Source: a virus. Taken from it: a stretch of 40,374 bases of DNA. Below the pieces are notes generated by a model. That model had not been told where the DNA came from. It did no database searches and saw only the letters and a list, made by a program, of their open reading frames with translations. Position 1 is the first letter of the stretch. Each line of letters opens with the position of its first letter. Shown here piece after piece: positions 15,829 through 25,732 of this stretch. A program made the translations under genes and the position numbers. Where the stretch lies: positions 1 through 40,374 of IMG/VR virus record IMGVR_UViG_3300045988_084041; one strand, 5' to 3'.

Positions 15829-18800
15829 CTATAATCCTACGTATTTGTTCAATGCATCTTGTTTTTCTTCCGGTGTCATTTGCATGAAGTTATTTATGAT
15901 CTTCCTGTTGTCGCTCATTGAATTATTTTCAATTTTGAAACTATCGAATTTGTCAAGCATTCGACTTAGCAAACTTTCTATATTACCGCCTGTCGCCGAA
16001 ACCTTATCGGTTATCGTTGCTACATATGCAGATATGTTGATGTCGGCATTTTGCAATCCTGTAAGAATGTTTTTCTTGCCGTCCTCCATTTGCTTGTATT
16101 CAGCCTCAAGACTTTCAATAGTGGCATTATTCTTTTTCTGTAGTTGGTACAATTCTTCATCACGTTGCAACTGTTTCATTTGTTCCTGCAACTCTTTGTA
16201 CTTCTGTTGCCCCTTATCAGTAACTGAATTTGCGTACACATCAAGTTGTGCCTGTACCTCTGACATATCTGTTTTGCGATCCTGTACGTCCCAACTGTCA
16301 CGAAGTTCTTGCTCTTGCTTTGAAAATTCGTCTTTGACATTTGAAATATAGTCTTGTTGCTTTTGGAGCAGTTCGTCAACCGCACTTGATTGCGACTTGT
16401 ACAGTTCCATGCTGTACTTGTTTGTGTCGTCAATAAATTCCTCAAAACTGATTTTACCCGCATTGTAAAACTCTTTTACTCGGTCAATCTTGCGTTTTAG
16501 GAAATCTTCCTCGCTGTCACCATACTTATCCCAATCATCATATGTACTTCTTAACTCCTGCCATGCGTCTGCGTCTTTTTGCCACGCCGAATACTCGTCA
16601 GCATTTTTTTGAGCCACTGCGTCATAACGTTTTTCTTCAAGTGTCTGTTTTTCCTCGACGTATTTTTGATAATTAATAACGTCATTCGCATAAAATTCTT
16701 CAAGACGTTCCGCCTCTCTGTCGATACCTGCAATGTAGTCGTCTATCGACATACTGTGATACTTCTGCTGATGTTCAAGCCAACTGTCCGAGTAGCTTTT
16801 CATATCGTCATAAAGCGTTTCGCCTGCGTCCGACACGTTGTCAACATAATCGTCCCAAGTGATTTTTGCGTCTTGTAAATCTTGATAATTTCTGTCTTTT
16901 ATACGTTTGAAAGCGTCAAGCGGTGTGTCGCCGTTATCACCCCAATCGTTAATTGCACTGTGTTTTTCAAGATATGCTTTAGATTGTTTGTTAAATTCTT
17001 GTGTCTGCTTTTGTGTCAGACTGAAAATCTGTTCTTCAATGTCAGCAATATCCTTGTCGTTCGACTTGAATTTCTCTTGAAATTCTAACCACTTTTCAAG
17101 TTCTTGTGCAGTCGTTACTGCGTGCGTTTTGGTGTAATGCGTCCAATCGTCCTTGGCTGATGTAAACGCGTCCGAATTGTCTTTTCCTGTTGCGTAATGC
17201 GGTATACCCATACCCGACATTATCGCCTTGGTTTGTGACGCTGTGTACACCTTTGCGCCCTTTGACAATGGCAACAACACGTCCTTGCCCTGCGGTATAA
17301 ATGCACGTCCTTTGTCAACGATTAATTCTCGCGGGTCAGATATACCCTTTTCATCATTAACCATTGCCAAACCGCCCTCGAAGTTCTGCGTACCTTTTGC
17401 GACTTTCTTTTTGACGAACGTTCCCGTACTGCCAAAACGTGCCGCAGGAGCACTTTTATCGCTTAGTCCCTCTATAGACGAACCCTCAACAGAAACAGTA
17501 TAATGGACTGTCGCAAATTTGTCTTCGGGTTGATAGCCGTCAGGTTCTGCACTATTCTTCTTAAATGTAACATTGCCCTCTTTGGGTGGTGCCGTATAGT
17601 TGTCGGGTTCTGTGCTGTCGTTAGTCCATATAACTTTACCCGTTGCAGTGATTTCACCCAACTTATTACCATTCAAATCGTTAATATCAAAACCGCCTGT
17701 ATCTACATTAAATGTTATGGTAACTTGGTTGTTATTGATTAATTCCTGTAGCTTTGAATCAGCCGTATCTAATACAGAAATATCGCCCTCGGCACTGACT
17801 TGTAATTGTACATTGCCTGCGTTATTTATTTCCTCGACAGCATTTTTTGCGTTCTCGATAGCAGACACATCCCCGCTTGCGTCAATTTCAATATGTTTAT
17901 CCTCAGGCAATAATCCCAAACTGTGCGCCAATGCGTCAACTTGCTCTGTGCTTAGTCCCAAATCGCCACCTAAACTTGATAGGTCTTTCACTAAACCACT
18001 TACATCACCCGACGCTACAGCCTGTTGAATATCAGAAAAACCGTTTTTCATTAATGCGGCTTTCGTGACTATTTCCTCTGACGTTAGTCCGATTTCTTTA
18101 CCTTGTTTGACAAAATCATTTACAACAGCGTCTAATGCGTTATTATTAATTGCACCTTGTAGGTCTTGAAAACCGTTTTTAAACAGCGCTATTTGTGCGG
18201 CAATGTCTTGATTTTCAAACCCCAAATCAGTCATAGTTGATTTGATTTGTTTGCATACTAAATCTACAGCATTACCGCCGCTTTCAAAGACTTCCTGCAT
18301 ATCCTTAAAGCCGTTTAAATTCATAGCATCCGTTGTTGCGACTTCTGCCATAGCTTGTAGTGATTCTCTGCCGTTCTTGGCTCGTTCGTCCATGCTTTCG
18401 ATGTTATCACTTATTTCACGATACGCATTTGATACATTTTGTATTTCTTGTATTACTTCGTCTACATCACCGAATTTGAATGTACTTCCCGTAAACCTTT
18501 CATATGCCTTAATAAAATCACTGTCTTTTAAACCATTTATGAACGATTGTCTTTCTAATGCCGCCGCCTTTATTCTCTCAGAACTTCCGTCTTTATATGC
18601 GGCATTCATCTCATCAACTATTGCTTTATACTGTGTTTTGTAGTCTGTCGCTTGTTGCAACCACCCACGCATTTCTTCTTGTTGGTTTTTATAATCAGCA
18701 CCATAGGAACTACCTTTTTGAAGTGCGTCGTACCCCTCTGATACTGCCTTTTGTGCCTTTTTGCCTGATGTTAAATCCAATGCGTCTTTAATTTCGTTCG

Positions 18801-21231
18801 CACTGTCTTTGGCGTTTGAAACCGCCATTGCAAGAGCAGTGTCAAATTCGCCTGTATCAATCATCAGTTTTATGGTATCATCATTTGTGGTTTCCTTGAT
18901 TTCTTGCATAATCGCATTTATGCGATTTTTAGCATTTTCAAGTTCTTCTGGATTTAATGTACCGCTGTTAATTGATGTATTCAGTTTTTCATATTCATTT
19001 TTTAAGTTTTCAAGATGTGAAACTTGACTATCGGCGTCTTGCCACGATTTATATAAATCCTTGTAGCTTTGACCCAATTTTGCGTTGTTTTCAATAGCCT
19101 CTGTAACGTGGTCGGCAACAACCTTATACCCTGCAACAACCGCCGCAGGCGCTAATACTGCACCGAATATCGGCGCTAATGCAGAAAATGAACTGCCTAA
19201 CCCCGCAGTCGATACTTTTATCGCTGACGTTGCGTCTGCTATAATAGGCAATTTATCGCTGATTACTCCTAATCCCTCAACAAAATCGCCTGCACCCTTA
19301 ATCACTCCGACACCGACTTTTGACAATGCACCTAAAGCAATGACCGTAGCACCGGTATTAACAACAACTTTCTTTTGTTCGTCTGACATTTGCGACAATC
19401 CTTTTGCAAAATCGGCTACTGTGGTGCTTGCGTCTTTTATTGACGGCAACATTGTTTCGCCGATACTTCTTGCCGCCTCAACAATATTGTTTTTGGTAAC
19501 TGACAACTGTGACGCAGTTGTTTCAGCCTTTGCGTCAAACTCGTTCTGCAATGCAATGTTTTCGTTCCATGCTGTATTTGAACGTGTTACCGCCTCGGTG
19601 ATACCTGCCTCACTGTTTGCCAAACGTAACAAAGAATCACGCAAACGCACTTCGGTAAAGCCCATATCCTGCAACATACTGATTGCGTTTTCACCTGCAC
19701 CGTCGGCATTTTGTAGACCTTTGATGAATGCGTCTATCGCCTCGGCAGGAGATGAATCAAACAAATTCTTAAATTCTTCTGTTGTCTTTCCTGTGATTTT
19801 AGCGAAATTCTCTAATTGTACGCCTGACGAAATCATTGAATTTAGTTCGGTGCTTGTGTAGCCTAAACCATCAGCCAATGACTTGAAGTCTTTGCTGTTG
19901 TTTGCGGATAGTAGTTGCAAATCTCTTAATGACATTCCTGTTTTGTTCATAACGTCATTAACCTGCGTATAACCGTTTGTAGTTGCCATTTGCATAGCAA
20001 TCATAGCCTTACTGAACGCACTACCACCCATTTCAGCCTCTATACCAACGCTTGACAATGCGGTTGCTATACCTAATATGTCGGCTTGACTTAATCCGAT
20101 TTGTGTACCTGCACCAGCTAAACGCATAGACATATTAGCTATATCCGATTCTGTTGTAGCGAAATTGTTACCCAAATCAACTATTGAACTTCCCAAACGG
20201 TCAAAATTTTCTTGGTCCATTTTTGTAACGTTTGCGAACTTTGCAAGTGTTGCCGCACCCTCTTCGCCGTACAGATTTGTAGCAGTGCCGAGCATTGCCA
20301 TTGTTTCAGTAAATTTAGATATGTTTTCAGTTTTTATACCCAACTGACCGCCTGCCGCCGCAAGTTCGGTTAATTCTGCCGTTGTTTCAGGAATGGCAGA
20401 ATGTCCGTTTATTCCGACAGTCGTCATATCTATAATTTCTTGCCTAATCTTTTCAATCTGTTCAGGTGTACCGTCAACAGTTTTCTTTACATTTGCGAAA
20501 TTGTTCTCAAAATCTATCGCAAACTTGGCACTCGCAACACCGCCCGCGGCAAGTGCAGTCGCCGCATACTGTAACGGTTTAGTTACAGTATCTATACCCT
20601 CACCGACTTCTTTCCACCGCTTACCTGTATTCTGTAGGTTTTGCGCCTCATCTGCACGTTCAGCGGCTTTTAAGCCTTTCTCATATTCCTCGTATTGCTC
20701 TGTTGCTTTTTTGACGGTTGCTTGTGCGTCGGTATATGCCTTTTTACTTCCCGACAATGCCGCCTCTTGCGTACGAATAGAATCGGATATACTTTGACTT
20801 TGCTTTGTGTATGCCTCAATCTCGGTATTTACCCAATTCAATGCCTTTTGATTGTCTTTATACGAAACACTGTTTTTGTCAAGACTTTTGTTCGCCTCTG
20901 TCAGCAACCTTTTCTCATTTGAACGCAAAGAAATTTGTTTATCTAATTCCGTTTTCTGCGCTTTCAGTGCCGTAACATTTTTATTTACAGACTTGACGTT
21001 ATCCTCATACGCTTTTTTTGTATTCGTCAATGCCGTACGGCTTGTTTGCAAGGTGGTTTGTGCGTCTTGCATTTGCTTTTTATATGCCGTAAGACCTTTT
21101 GTACTTGTATTATTATTTTTGCTTTGCGTCTGCTCCAATTTTGACAATTCACTTTCAACACTGCTTATTGTCGCCTCTAAGTCGGACGCATCACCTCTTA
21201 TTCTTACTACTAATTCTGCCGCGTCAGCCAC
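15829..21231 (-). CDS. Tail tape measure protein (1800 aa)
   Basis: GTG start with GTGAGGTGA RBS. Long coiled-coil-rich ORF after the G/GT chaperones. TP901-type core (FENNFANVKKTVDGTPEQIEKI...), Gly/Ala-rich membrane-like segments and repeated LFKNGFQDLQGAI / LMKNGFSDIQQAV. Confidence 0.9.
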   Translation of the reverse strand: MADAAELVVRIRGDASDLEATISSVESELSKLEQTQSKNNNTSTKGLTAYKKQMQDAQTTLQTSRTALTNTKKAYEDNVKSVNKNVTALKAQKTELDKQISLRSNEKRLLTEANKSLDKNSVSYKDNQKALNWVNTEIEAYTKQSQSISDSIRTQEAALSGSKKAYTDAQATVKKATEQYEEYEKGLKAAERADEAQNLQNTGKRWKEVGEGIDTVTKPLQYAATALAAGGVASAKFAIDFENNFANVKKTVDGTPEQIEKIRQEIIDMTTVGINGHSAIPETTAELTELAAAGGQLGIKTENISKFTETMAMLGTATNLYGEEGAATLAKFANVTKMDQENFDRLGSSIVDLGNNFATTESDIANMSMRLAGAGTQIGLSQADILGIATALSSVGIEAEMGGSAFSKAMIAMQMATTNGYTQVNDVMNKTGMSLRDLQLLSANNSKDFKSLADGLGYTSTELNSMISSGVQLENFAKITGKTTEEFKNLFDSSPAEAIDAFIKGLQNADGAGENAISMLQDMGFTEVRLRDSLLRLANSEAGITEAVTRSNTAWNENIALQNEFDAKAETTASQLSVTKNNIVEAARSIGETMLPSIKDASTTVADFAKGLSQMSDEQKKVVVNTGATVIALGALSKVGVGVIKGAGDFVEGLGVISDKLPIIADATSAIKVSTAGLGSSFSALAPIFGAVLAPAAVVAGYKVVADHVTEAIENNAKLGQSYKDLYKSWQDADSQVSHLENLKNEYEKLNTSINSGTLNPEELENAKNRINAIMQEIKETTNDDTIKLMIDTGEFDTALAMAVSNAKDSANEIKDALDLTSGKKAQKAVSEGYDALQKGSSYGADYKNQQEEMRGWLQQATDYKTQYKAIVDEMNAAYKDGSSERIKAAALERQSFINGLKDSDFIKAYERFTGSTFKFGDVDEVIQEIQNVSNAYREISDNIESMDERAKNGRESLQAMAEVATTDAMNLNGFKDMQEVFESGGNAVDLVCKQIKSTMTDLGFENQDIAAQIALFKNGFQDLQGAINNNALDAVVNDFVKQGKEIGLTSEEIVTKAALMKNGFSDIQQAVASGDVSGLVKDLSSLGGDLGLSTEQVDALAHSLGLLPEDKHIEIDASGDVSAIENAKNAVEEINNAGNVQLQVSAEGDISVLDTADSKLQELINNNQVTITFNVDTGGFDINDLNGNKLGEITATGKVIWTNDSTEPDNYTAPPKEGNVTFKKNSAEPDGYQPEDKFATVHYTVSVEGSSIEGLSDKSAPAARFGSTGTFVKKKVAKGTQNFEGGLAMVNDEKGISDPRELIVDKGRAFIPQGKDVLLPLSKGAKVYTASQTKAIMSGMGIPHYATGKDNSDAFTSAKDDWTHYTKTHAVTTAQELEKWLEFQEKFKSNDKDIADIEEQIFSLTQKQTQEFNKQSKAYLEKHSAINDWGDNGDTPLDAFKRIKDRNYQDLQDAKITWDDYVDNVSDAGETLYDDMKSYSDSWLEHQQKYHSMSIDDYIAGIDREAERLEEFYANDVINYQKYVEEKQTLEEKRYDAVAQKNADEYSAWQKDADAWQELRSTYDDWDKYGDSEEDFLKRKIDRVKEFYNAGKISFEEFIDDTNKYSMELYKSQSSAVDELLQKQQDYISNVKDEFSKQEQELRDSWDVQDRKTDMSEVQAQLDVYANSVTDKGQQKYKELQEQMKQLQRDEELYQLQKKNNATIESLEAEYKQMEDGKKNILTGLQNADINISAYVATITDKVSATGGNIESLLSRMLDKFDSFKIENNSMSDNRKIINNFMQMTPEEKQDALNKYVGL

Positions 21232-21245
21232 TACAAATCACCTCA

Positions 21246-21712
21246 CTACATTCCATAAAACATTTTTAAATACGGGTCATTTCCCGTATATTCTTCTTCC
21301 TCGTCCTCGATTATAACTGCAAGTAATAATCTTGGGTCTTGTTTTGCCAAATCATTCGGCAATATACCGTGATATTTCAGCATTGTCCCATATAAATCGC
21401 TTAATCTTCCTTTTCGGTTGCCTGCTCCGGCAGGCTTTCCTCGTTTTTTCCCGTAAAATCGTCCATAAACCACTTCATAACTTCACGACACATTCTCATT
21501 TTTGCTGAAACAGCCGTGTCCAAAATATCTTGTGTCGCCTCTGTACCCTCAAACAGATAGTCAACGGCATCTGCACATACCGACGTAGCCGTTACTTTTT
21601 CACCCTCTGCAACGTCCATATATTCTTTTTCAACCAACGTTGCCGCACCGAAACACCACGGTTTTGATACATACTTCTTTTTGTTGTGTACAAATGTTAA
21701 TACTCTTTGCAT
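21246..21712 (-). CDS. Tail assembly chaperone frameshift product (gpGT-like, about 155 aa) via -1 slip at 21446-21452
   Basis: The -1 frame ORF 21246..21473 overlaps the 3' end of the G ORF. A G_GGA_AAA heptamer is in the correct phase. I verified both frames by codon arithmetic. Confidence 0.65.
21401..21712 (-). CDS. Tail assembly chaperone (gpG-like, 103 aa)
   Basis: Track ORF trimmed to the ATG at 21712, which has GAGGAG 9 nt upstream. Its position between the major tail protein and the tape measure fits. Confidence 0.7.
   Translation of the reverse strand: MQRVLTFVHNKKKYVSKPWCFGAATLVEKEYMDVAEGEKVTATSVCADAVDYLFEGTEATQDILDTAVSAKMRMCREVMKWFMDDFTGKNEESLPEQATEKED
21446..21452 (-). other. 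Programmed -1 ribosomal frameshift slippery heptamer G GGA AAA
   Basis: The minus strand reads ACG GGA AAA AAC in the G frame. The -1 frame reads GGG AAA AAA CGA, giving GKKR and matching the downstream ORF. Confidence 0.7.
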
Positions 21713-21765
21713 TGTTACTCGCTCCTCTCTATACGAAAAAAGCACGCCTTTCGGCGTGCCTTGTC

Positions 21766-22392
21766 TTAAAGTTCTTTCTTCACAGGATACCAATTCATAT
21801 CGGTAAACCACTTTTCTTCAAGTTCCTCTACTGTTACACCCTCCGGCAAATCGCACTCATCAATAACATCATAGTATACATTGTTATAATCAGGCTTAAC
21901 AGCTGTAAATGTTGCTTTTGCCGTCTGTCTTTCAGGCGCACCGCTTGACGGAGCTGTCTTTGCTCCAACGTGGGAACCAAAACTGTATGAGCCTTTTCTA
22001 TATCTGATATATCTGAATCCCGACTTGTTTGGGTCTTTTATTTTTACTTTCCACGCTACACCGAAATATACTGTCTTACCATTATCAGTGAAACTTAATA
22101 CGCCGTTTTTCAATTCCAATCCGCGCCACATTGCGTCGACTTCAGGCGGAATATCGGCGTTTGTCAATTCGTGTCCCAACTTTTCAACATAGCTTACTAC
22201 ATCATACGCCCCATTGTCTGCGTCAAAAACATCACTACCGCCTGCGTCTGTCGGAGCTATTTCAACGGTACCTCTTAGGTGACACGGCTCTTTATATGTA
22301 ATACCCTCTGCCGTATCCGATTCAACTTCAAAAAATGTGTAGCGTTCTACACCCGTTATAACCTTACCTCTTACTTCTTTTCCTGTTGCCAT
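21766..22392 (-). CDS. Major tail protein
   Basis: A 208-aa ORF between the tail-completion genes and the chaperones. The N-terminus MATGKEVRGKVITGVERYTFFEV resembles phi13-type major tail proteins. Confidence 0.7.
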   Translation of the reverse strand: MATGKEVRGKVITGVERYTFFEVESDTAEGITYKEPCHLRGTVEIAPTDAGGSDVFDADNGAYDVVSYVEKLGHELTNADIPPEVDAMWRGLELKNGVLSFTDNGKTVYFGVAWKVKIKDPNKSGFRYIRYRKGSYSFGSHVGAKTAPSSGAPERQTAKATFTAVKPDYNNVYYDVIDECDLPEGVTVEELEEKWFTDMNWYPVKKEL

Positions 22393-22395
22393 AAA

Positions 22396-22749
22396 TCAAT
22401 CATTCCTTTCTACTACTTTCGTAAATCTCATTGTCCTATGTTTTATACTCTTGTCGTCGGGATTGGGTACGTCCATTGTCATTTCGTGATAATATTCATT
22501 ATCAGTCAACAATTTATATACCCTCTCCGACAATTCAAAACACGTTTGCGGATAATCGGCGTAAATATCAATCTGAACAGTCGTATCATTCGTAACGACC
22601 GTATTGTCATATGACATTGAGCCTTTGTCCGTTAGCGTGTAATATGCTATTGCGGGCAATTTATTAAAATTATCGGGGTAAGCAAAGCATACACTTACAC
22701 CGTCTATCTGCTTTAAAATGTCCCGTAATTCCAAACCAATATCAAACAC
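22396..22749 (-). CDS. Tail completion / tail terminator-like protein
   Basis: Assigned from synteny (it immediately precedes the major tail gene) and size (117 aa). Confidence 0.5.
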   Translation of the reverse strand: MFDIGLELRDILKQIDGVSVCFAYPDNFNKLPAIAYYTLTDKGSMSYDNTVVTNDTTVQIDIYADYPQTCFELSERVYKLLTDNEYYHEMTMDVPNPDDKSIKHRTMRFTKVVERND

Positions 22750-23152
22750 CGTACCCCTCCTTGAATTTTGCGATTATCTCGCTGATGTTATTTTTCAGTG
22801 CAGGTACGAGGAACGGCTGTGGTGCTTGCCCCGACGTTGTGTAAAATCGACCGCCACTGTAATACGTCCAGTGTCTTTTTGACGTATGCGAAACAGATTT
22901 GTCGCCCTTTGAGCCTGTGCCAAATTCGACATAAATGCCGTAATCGGCAGTCGGACCGATTGCAACGCTGTCACCGTCCACTTGGCTTACGATACTGCCT
23001 TTTAATCGCCCTGTTGCAACAGGACAGTTTGCCACTGCGTGCGCTCTTACGACTTCACCCGCCATTGCCAAACCTCGCTGTATTTTATCGCCCGACGCAT
23101 ACTGTGTCAGCTTGTCAACAACGTTGTCTATCCCTTCGATTGAAAAATTCAT
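22742..23152 (-). CDS. HK97 gp10-family head-tail joining protein
   Basis: RLKGSI...YGIYVEFGTG pattern, plus synteny. Confidence 0.6.
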   Translation of the reverse strand: MNFSIEGIDNVVDKLTQYASGDKIQRGLAMAGEVVRAHAVANCPVATGRLKGSIVSQVDGDSVAIGPTADYGIYVEFGTGSKGDKSVSHTSKRHWTYYSGGRFYTTSGQAPQPFLVPALKNNISEIIAKFKEGYGV

Positions 23153-23499
23153 TTCAGCCTACTCCTTTCGAGCATTGCTACCAAACCGCTGTCCCATTTC
23201 TGCACATATGTTATATCATATATGTCGCCGTCATATTCAACCCTGTTACCGACCTTTACGTCGTCTGACATATCGCAGAACATACGCATTTGACATTCTA
23301 TATCTAAACCGTATTGCTCTCTTGCTCTGCCACCGCTGTACGGTTGTACATCGGCTTTAATTTCGGACAATACAGTCTTTTCGGTTTTACCTGTATAGTC
23401 GTCAATTTCATATTCTGCGATTATAACAGTTTTATCGTAAAAATCACTGAATACTGATGTCACTCGGAACACGCCCCTTTCGTTTACGGAACGGGTCAA
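23149..23499 (-). CDS. Head closure / head-tail adaptor protein (SPP1 gp16-like)
   Basis: Assigned from synteny and size. An alternative GTG start at 23463 would remove most of the 56-nt overlap with the upstream gene. Confidence 0.55.
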   Translation of the reverse strand: MTRSVNERGVFRVTSVFSDFYDKTVIIAEYEIDDYTGKTEKTVLSEIKADVQPYSGGRAREQYGLDIECQMRMFCDMSDDVKVGNRVEYDGDIYDITYVQKWDSGLVAMLERSRLK

Positions 23500-23797
23500 G
23501 GCGTTTATAATAGTTGCTGAAAATCTTATCGTTGTCGGTTTCGGTATATGTCACGGAACGTTCGCCCTCACTTATGCTCTTGACTACTTCGGGACTTTTA
23601 CTGTCCCCGTAACCTTTCGCCCTGTACATATCCGCCGCAATCTTCGGAACAAGGCTTTCAAGCTGACGAGGCAGTACATCAATATGACAATACGCCATAA
23701 TCATATTAACCGTGTCCTCAATCAAAAAGGACAACAAGCTATCTTGCTCGTCGTCCTTAATTCCCAACAACATTTTTAGTGTCCCCAACTGTTCCAT
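23444..23797 (-). CDS. gp6-like head-tail connector (DNA packaging) protein
   Basis: LGIKDDEQDSLLSFLIEDTVNMIMAYC pattern. Start set at the ATG at 23797, which has GGTGA 5 nt upstream. Confidence 0.65.
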   Translation of the reverse strand: MEQLGTLKMLLGIKDDEQDSLLSFLIEDTVNMIMAYCHIDVLPRQLESLVPKIAADMYRAKGYGDSKSPEVVKSISEGERSVTYTETDNDKIFSNYYKRLDPFRKRKGRVPSDISIQ

Positions 23798-23798
23798 A

Positions 23799-24950
23799 TT
23801 ATTCACCGCTTACAACGTCGGCACTGCCCGACTTTCTCGCCTTGCCGTCTGCGGTAACTTCCGCAACTGTAATCTTGTGACCGTTTGTCGCAGTGATTTC
23901 GTCACCGTTGTTAAACTCTGTCCACTTCGACAAATCGTCGTCATATGCAACGCTTGGAGCGGTGCTTGCGGCAGTCTTGTAAACCAACTTGTGACCGCCG
24001 ATAGGCTTTGGCGATACCGTAATAACAGTGTTGCCTGTTGTGCCGGCAACCGATTCAACTGTCAATTCGCCGAGTGTCGGAACACCGTTCTTAAATGCGG
24101 CAAATGCGTCGTCCTTAACAACAAGGAAACCTAAACGCATAGTAGCCTTGATTGCAACCATATCTTGCTCGGCAAGTGATAGCGGTTTACCGTCACTGTC
24201 AAGAGTGCCTTGTAGTGTTGCTTCTGTAAGAATTTCATAGTTGATACCTGCACGCATACCGACAACGGCATACTTGAAGTTACCTGTGATAATATCGGCA
24301 CGTTTATTGTCCCACGCACCGTTACGTACAAATTCGATAGGCTGACCGTACAGCTCACCGCCTGTTGTACCGTTGACATATGCAGGTGCGCCGTTTGCGT
24401 CACGTAGCTTTCTTAGCATATTCTTAACACCGATACGACCGATAAATCCCGACGGGTCATAGCCGTTTTCTTCAATCATTGACATTGCGTCAGATATAGC
24501 AATATCAATATTTGTGTTGTCTGTAACAACCATATGCTTGCTGTCTATAGCGTTCATAATGTTTGTCTTGAACGGCGAATTTGTACCGAAAATGCACGCC
24601 GCGTCAATCGCTCTGTAGAATGCCTCTGCAATTTCCGGCTTTAGTTCTTCAAATACGCTGATAGTCGGATCTTCCAACTTTTCCTTTGTTACCGGAATAA
24701 TAACGGCTAACTTCTTAGCCTCGATTTCAGGGTGAATCCAAGTAGCACCGCTTGTCTTAATTCTTTCACCCTCACCGACCCAGTAAGCACCCGGACCGTC
24801 TGTAAGTACGTTAAACTTTTTCTTCTCGTGTTTCATTTCCTCGACTTTCGCCATTCTTAAAACACTTGAACCCCTTGTCACCATTTTGATGATTTCTGTT
24901 GCTTGCTCGACAGGCACAAAACCTGTCAATTCATTTTTTAAATAACCCAT
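23799..24950 (-). CDS. Major capsid protein (HK97 fold) with C-terminal Ig-like extension
   Basis: A 383-aa ORF after the scaffold gene, with RBS AGGAGTG. The C-terminal roughly 95 aa (LTVESVAGTTGNTVITVSP...KITVAEVTADGKA) look like a Big/Ig-like decoration domain. Confidence 0.85.
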   Translation of the reverse strand: MGYLKNELTGFVPVEQATEIIKMVTRGSSVLRMAKVEEMKHEKKKFNVLTDGPGAYWVGEGERIKTSGATWIHPEIEAKKLAVIIPVTKEKLEDPTISVFEELKPEIAEAFYRAIDAACIFGTNSPFKTNIMNAIDSKHMVVTDNTNIDIAISDAMSMIEENGYDPSGFIGRIGVKNMLRKLRDANGAPAYVNGTTGGELYGQPIEFVRNGAWDNKRADIITGNFKYAVVGMRAGINYEILTEATLQGTLDSDGKPLSLAEQDMVAIKATMRLGFLVVKDDAFAAFKNGVPTLGELTVESVAGTTGNTVITVSPKPIGGHKLVYKTAASTAPSVAYDDDLSKWTEFNNGDEITATNGHKITVAEVTADGKARKSGSADVVSGE

Positions 24951-24961
24951 TTATTTCACTC

Positions 24962-25498
24962 CTATCTTTGATTTTCTCTGATTATGTCCATAAAACTGCC
25001 TGTGTTGTGACCGCCACTGCCACCGTTTAAATCCGGTGTTTTGCCCTTTAAACGCTCGGTAACACCTGCTTGTACATCTTTGTCATAGCTTTCTTTTATC
25101 TTGTCAATAACCGCCTTTGTGCTATCCTTGTCCTCTGCTACAATGTACTTTGCAATCTCGGCAGACAATCCGACTTTGGCAAGTTCTGTTTCGGCATATG
25201 CAACGATTTTTTCACGTTCAAACTCTGCCTTTGCCTTTTCAAATTCTGCTCGTTCCTTGTCGTCGTCCTCTTTTTTTCTTTGCTCGTTTGTCAACTTGGC
25301 TTTTCTCATGCCCTCGTTTTCAGCGTCCTTTAGCTTTTGCTCAAGTTCCTTTTCCCACTCCGCTTTTACCTTAGCTATCGCTTCATCAATCGCCTTTTGA
25401 TTGTCGTCGTTATTCGGTGCGGGAGGCTCCGGAGGTGTCGGAGGTGTTGGAGGTGTTGGCTCCGTTGTTTTTGTTGGATTTGGTGTTGGCTCTGCCAT
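24962..25498 (-). CDS. Head scaffolding protein (DUF4355-like), Pro/Thr-rich N-terminus
   Basis: Highly charged coiled-coil protein immediately upstream of the capsid gene. The N-terminus is TEPTPPTPPTPPEPPAP. Confidence 0.75.
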   Translation of the reverse strand: MAEPTPNPTKTTEPTPPTPPTPPEPPAPNNDDNQKAIDEAIAKVKAEWEKELEQKLKDAENEGMRKAKLTNEQRKKEDDDKERAEFEKAKAEFEREKIVAYAETELAKVGLSAEIAKYIVAEDKDSTKAVIDKIKESYDKDVQAGVTERLKGKTPDLNGGSGGHNTGSFMDIIRENQR

Positions 25499-25650
25499 TC
25501 AAATCATTCCTTTCTTAAAAAATTGTATAAAAATAAGACGTATAACCCCACGTCTAACAGGGAGATAATCGGATCACCATTCCTTTCTTCTATGTGTATG
25601 TTGTGCCTATGCTCACACTATCACCGCCTTTCAATAAATTTGAATATCAA

Positions 25651-25677
25651 AAAAGCACTTCAAATGAGGTGCTTTTG
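25651..25677. terminator. Bidirectional terminator AAAAGCAC...GTGCTTTT
   Basis: An 8-bp stem flanked by an A-run and a T-run. Confidence 0.6.
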
Positions 25678-25681
25678 TTTA

Positions 25682-25710
25682 TTGTAATTTAATCCATATT
25701 ATGTTATAAT
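25682..25710 (+). promoter_or_regulatory. Promoter of the plus-strand Cys-rich gene
   Basis: TTGTAA (25682-25687), a 17-nt spacer, then TGtTATAAT (25705-25710). Confidence 0.6.
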
Positions 25711-25732
25711 CATTCTCGAGGAGGTGATTATA

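Noticed and set aside
15845-21316. Many plus-strand ORFs inside the tape measure region, for example 19085..19861 (258 aa) and 20393..20797
   Set aside because: They are antisense shadows of a long ORF with biased codon use. Their products are low-complexity (Ser/Ala/Phe/Leu-rich), they have no RBS, and the minus-strand ORF has clear TMP motifs.
23810-24403. Minus-strand alternative-frame ORFs (23810..24058 and 24131..24403) inside the capsid gene
   Set aside because: They are out-of-frame overlaps within a well-supported major capsid ORF. They have no RBS and give basic, low-complexity products.
25430-25495. Nucleotide-level repetition (ggaggtgt/cggaggtgttgg units)
   Set aside because: It simply encodes the Pro/Thr-rich N-terminus (PTPPTPPTPPEPP) of the scaffolding protein. 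It is not a separate repeat element or array.
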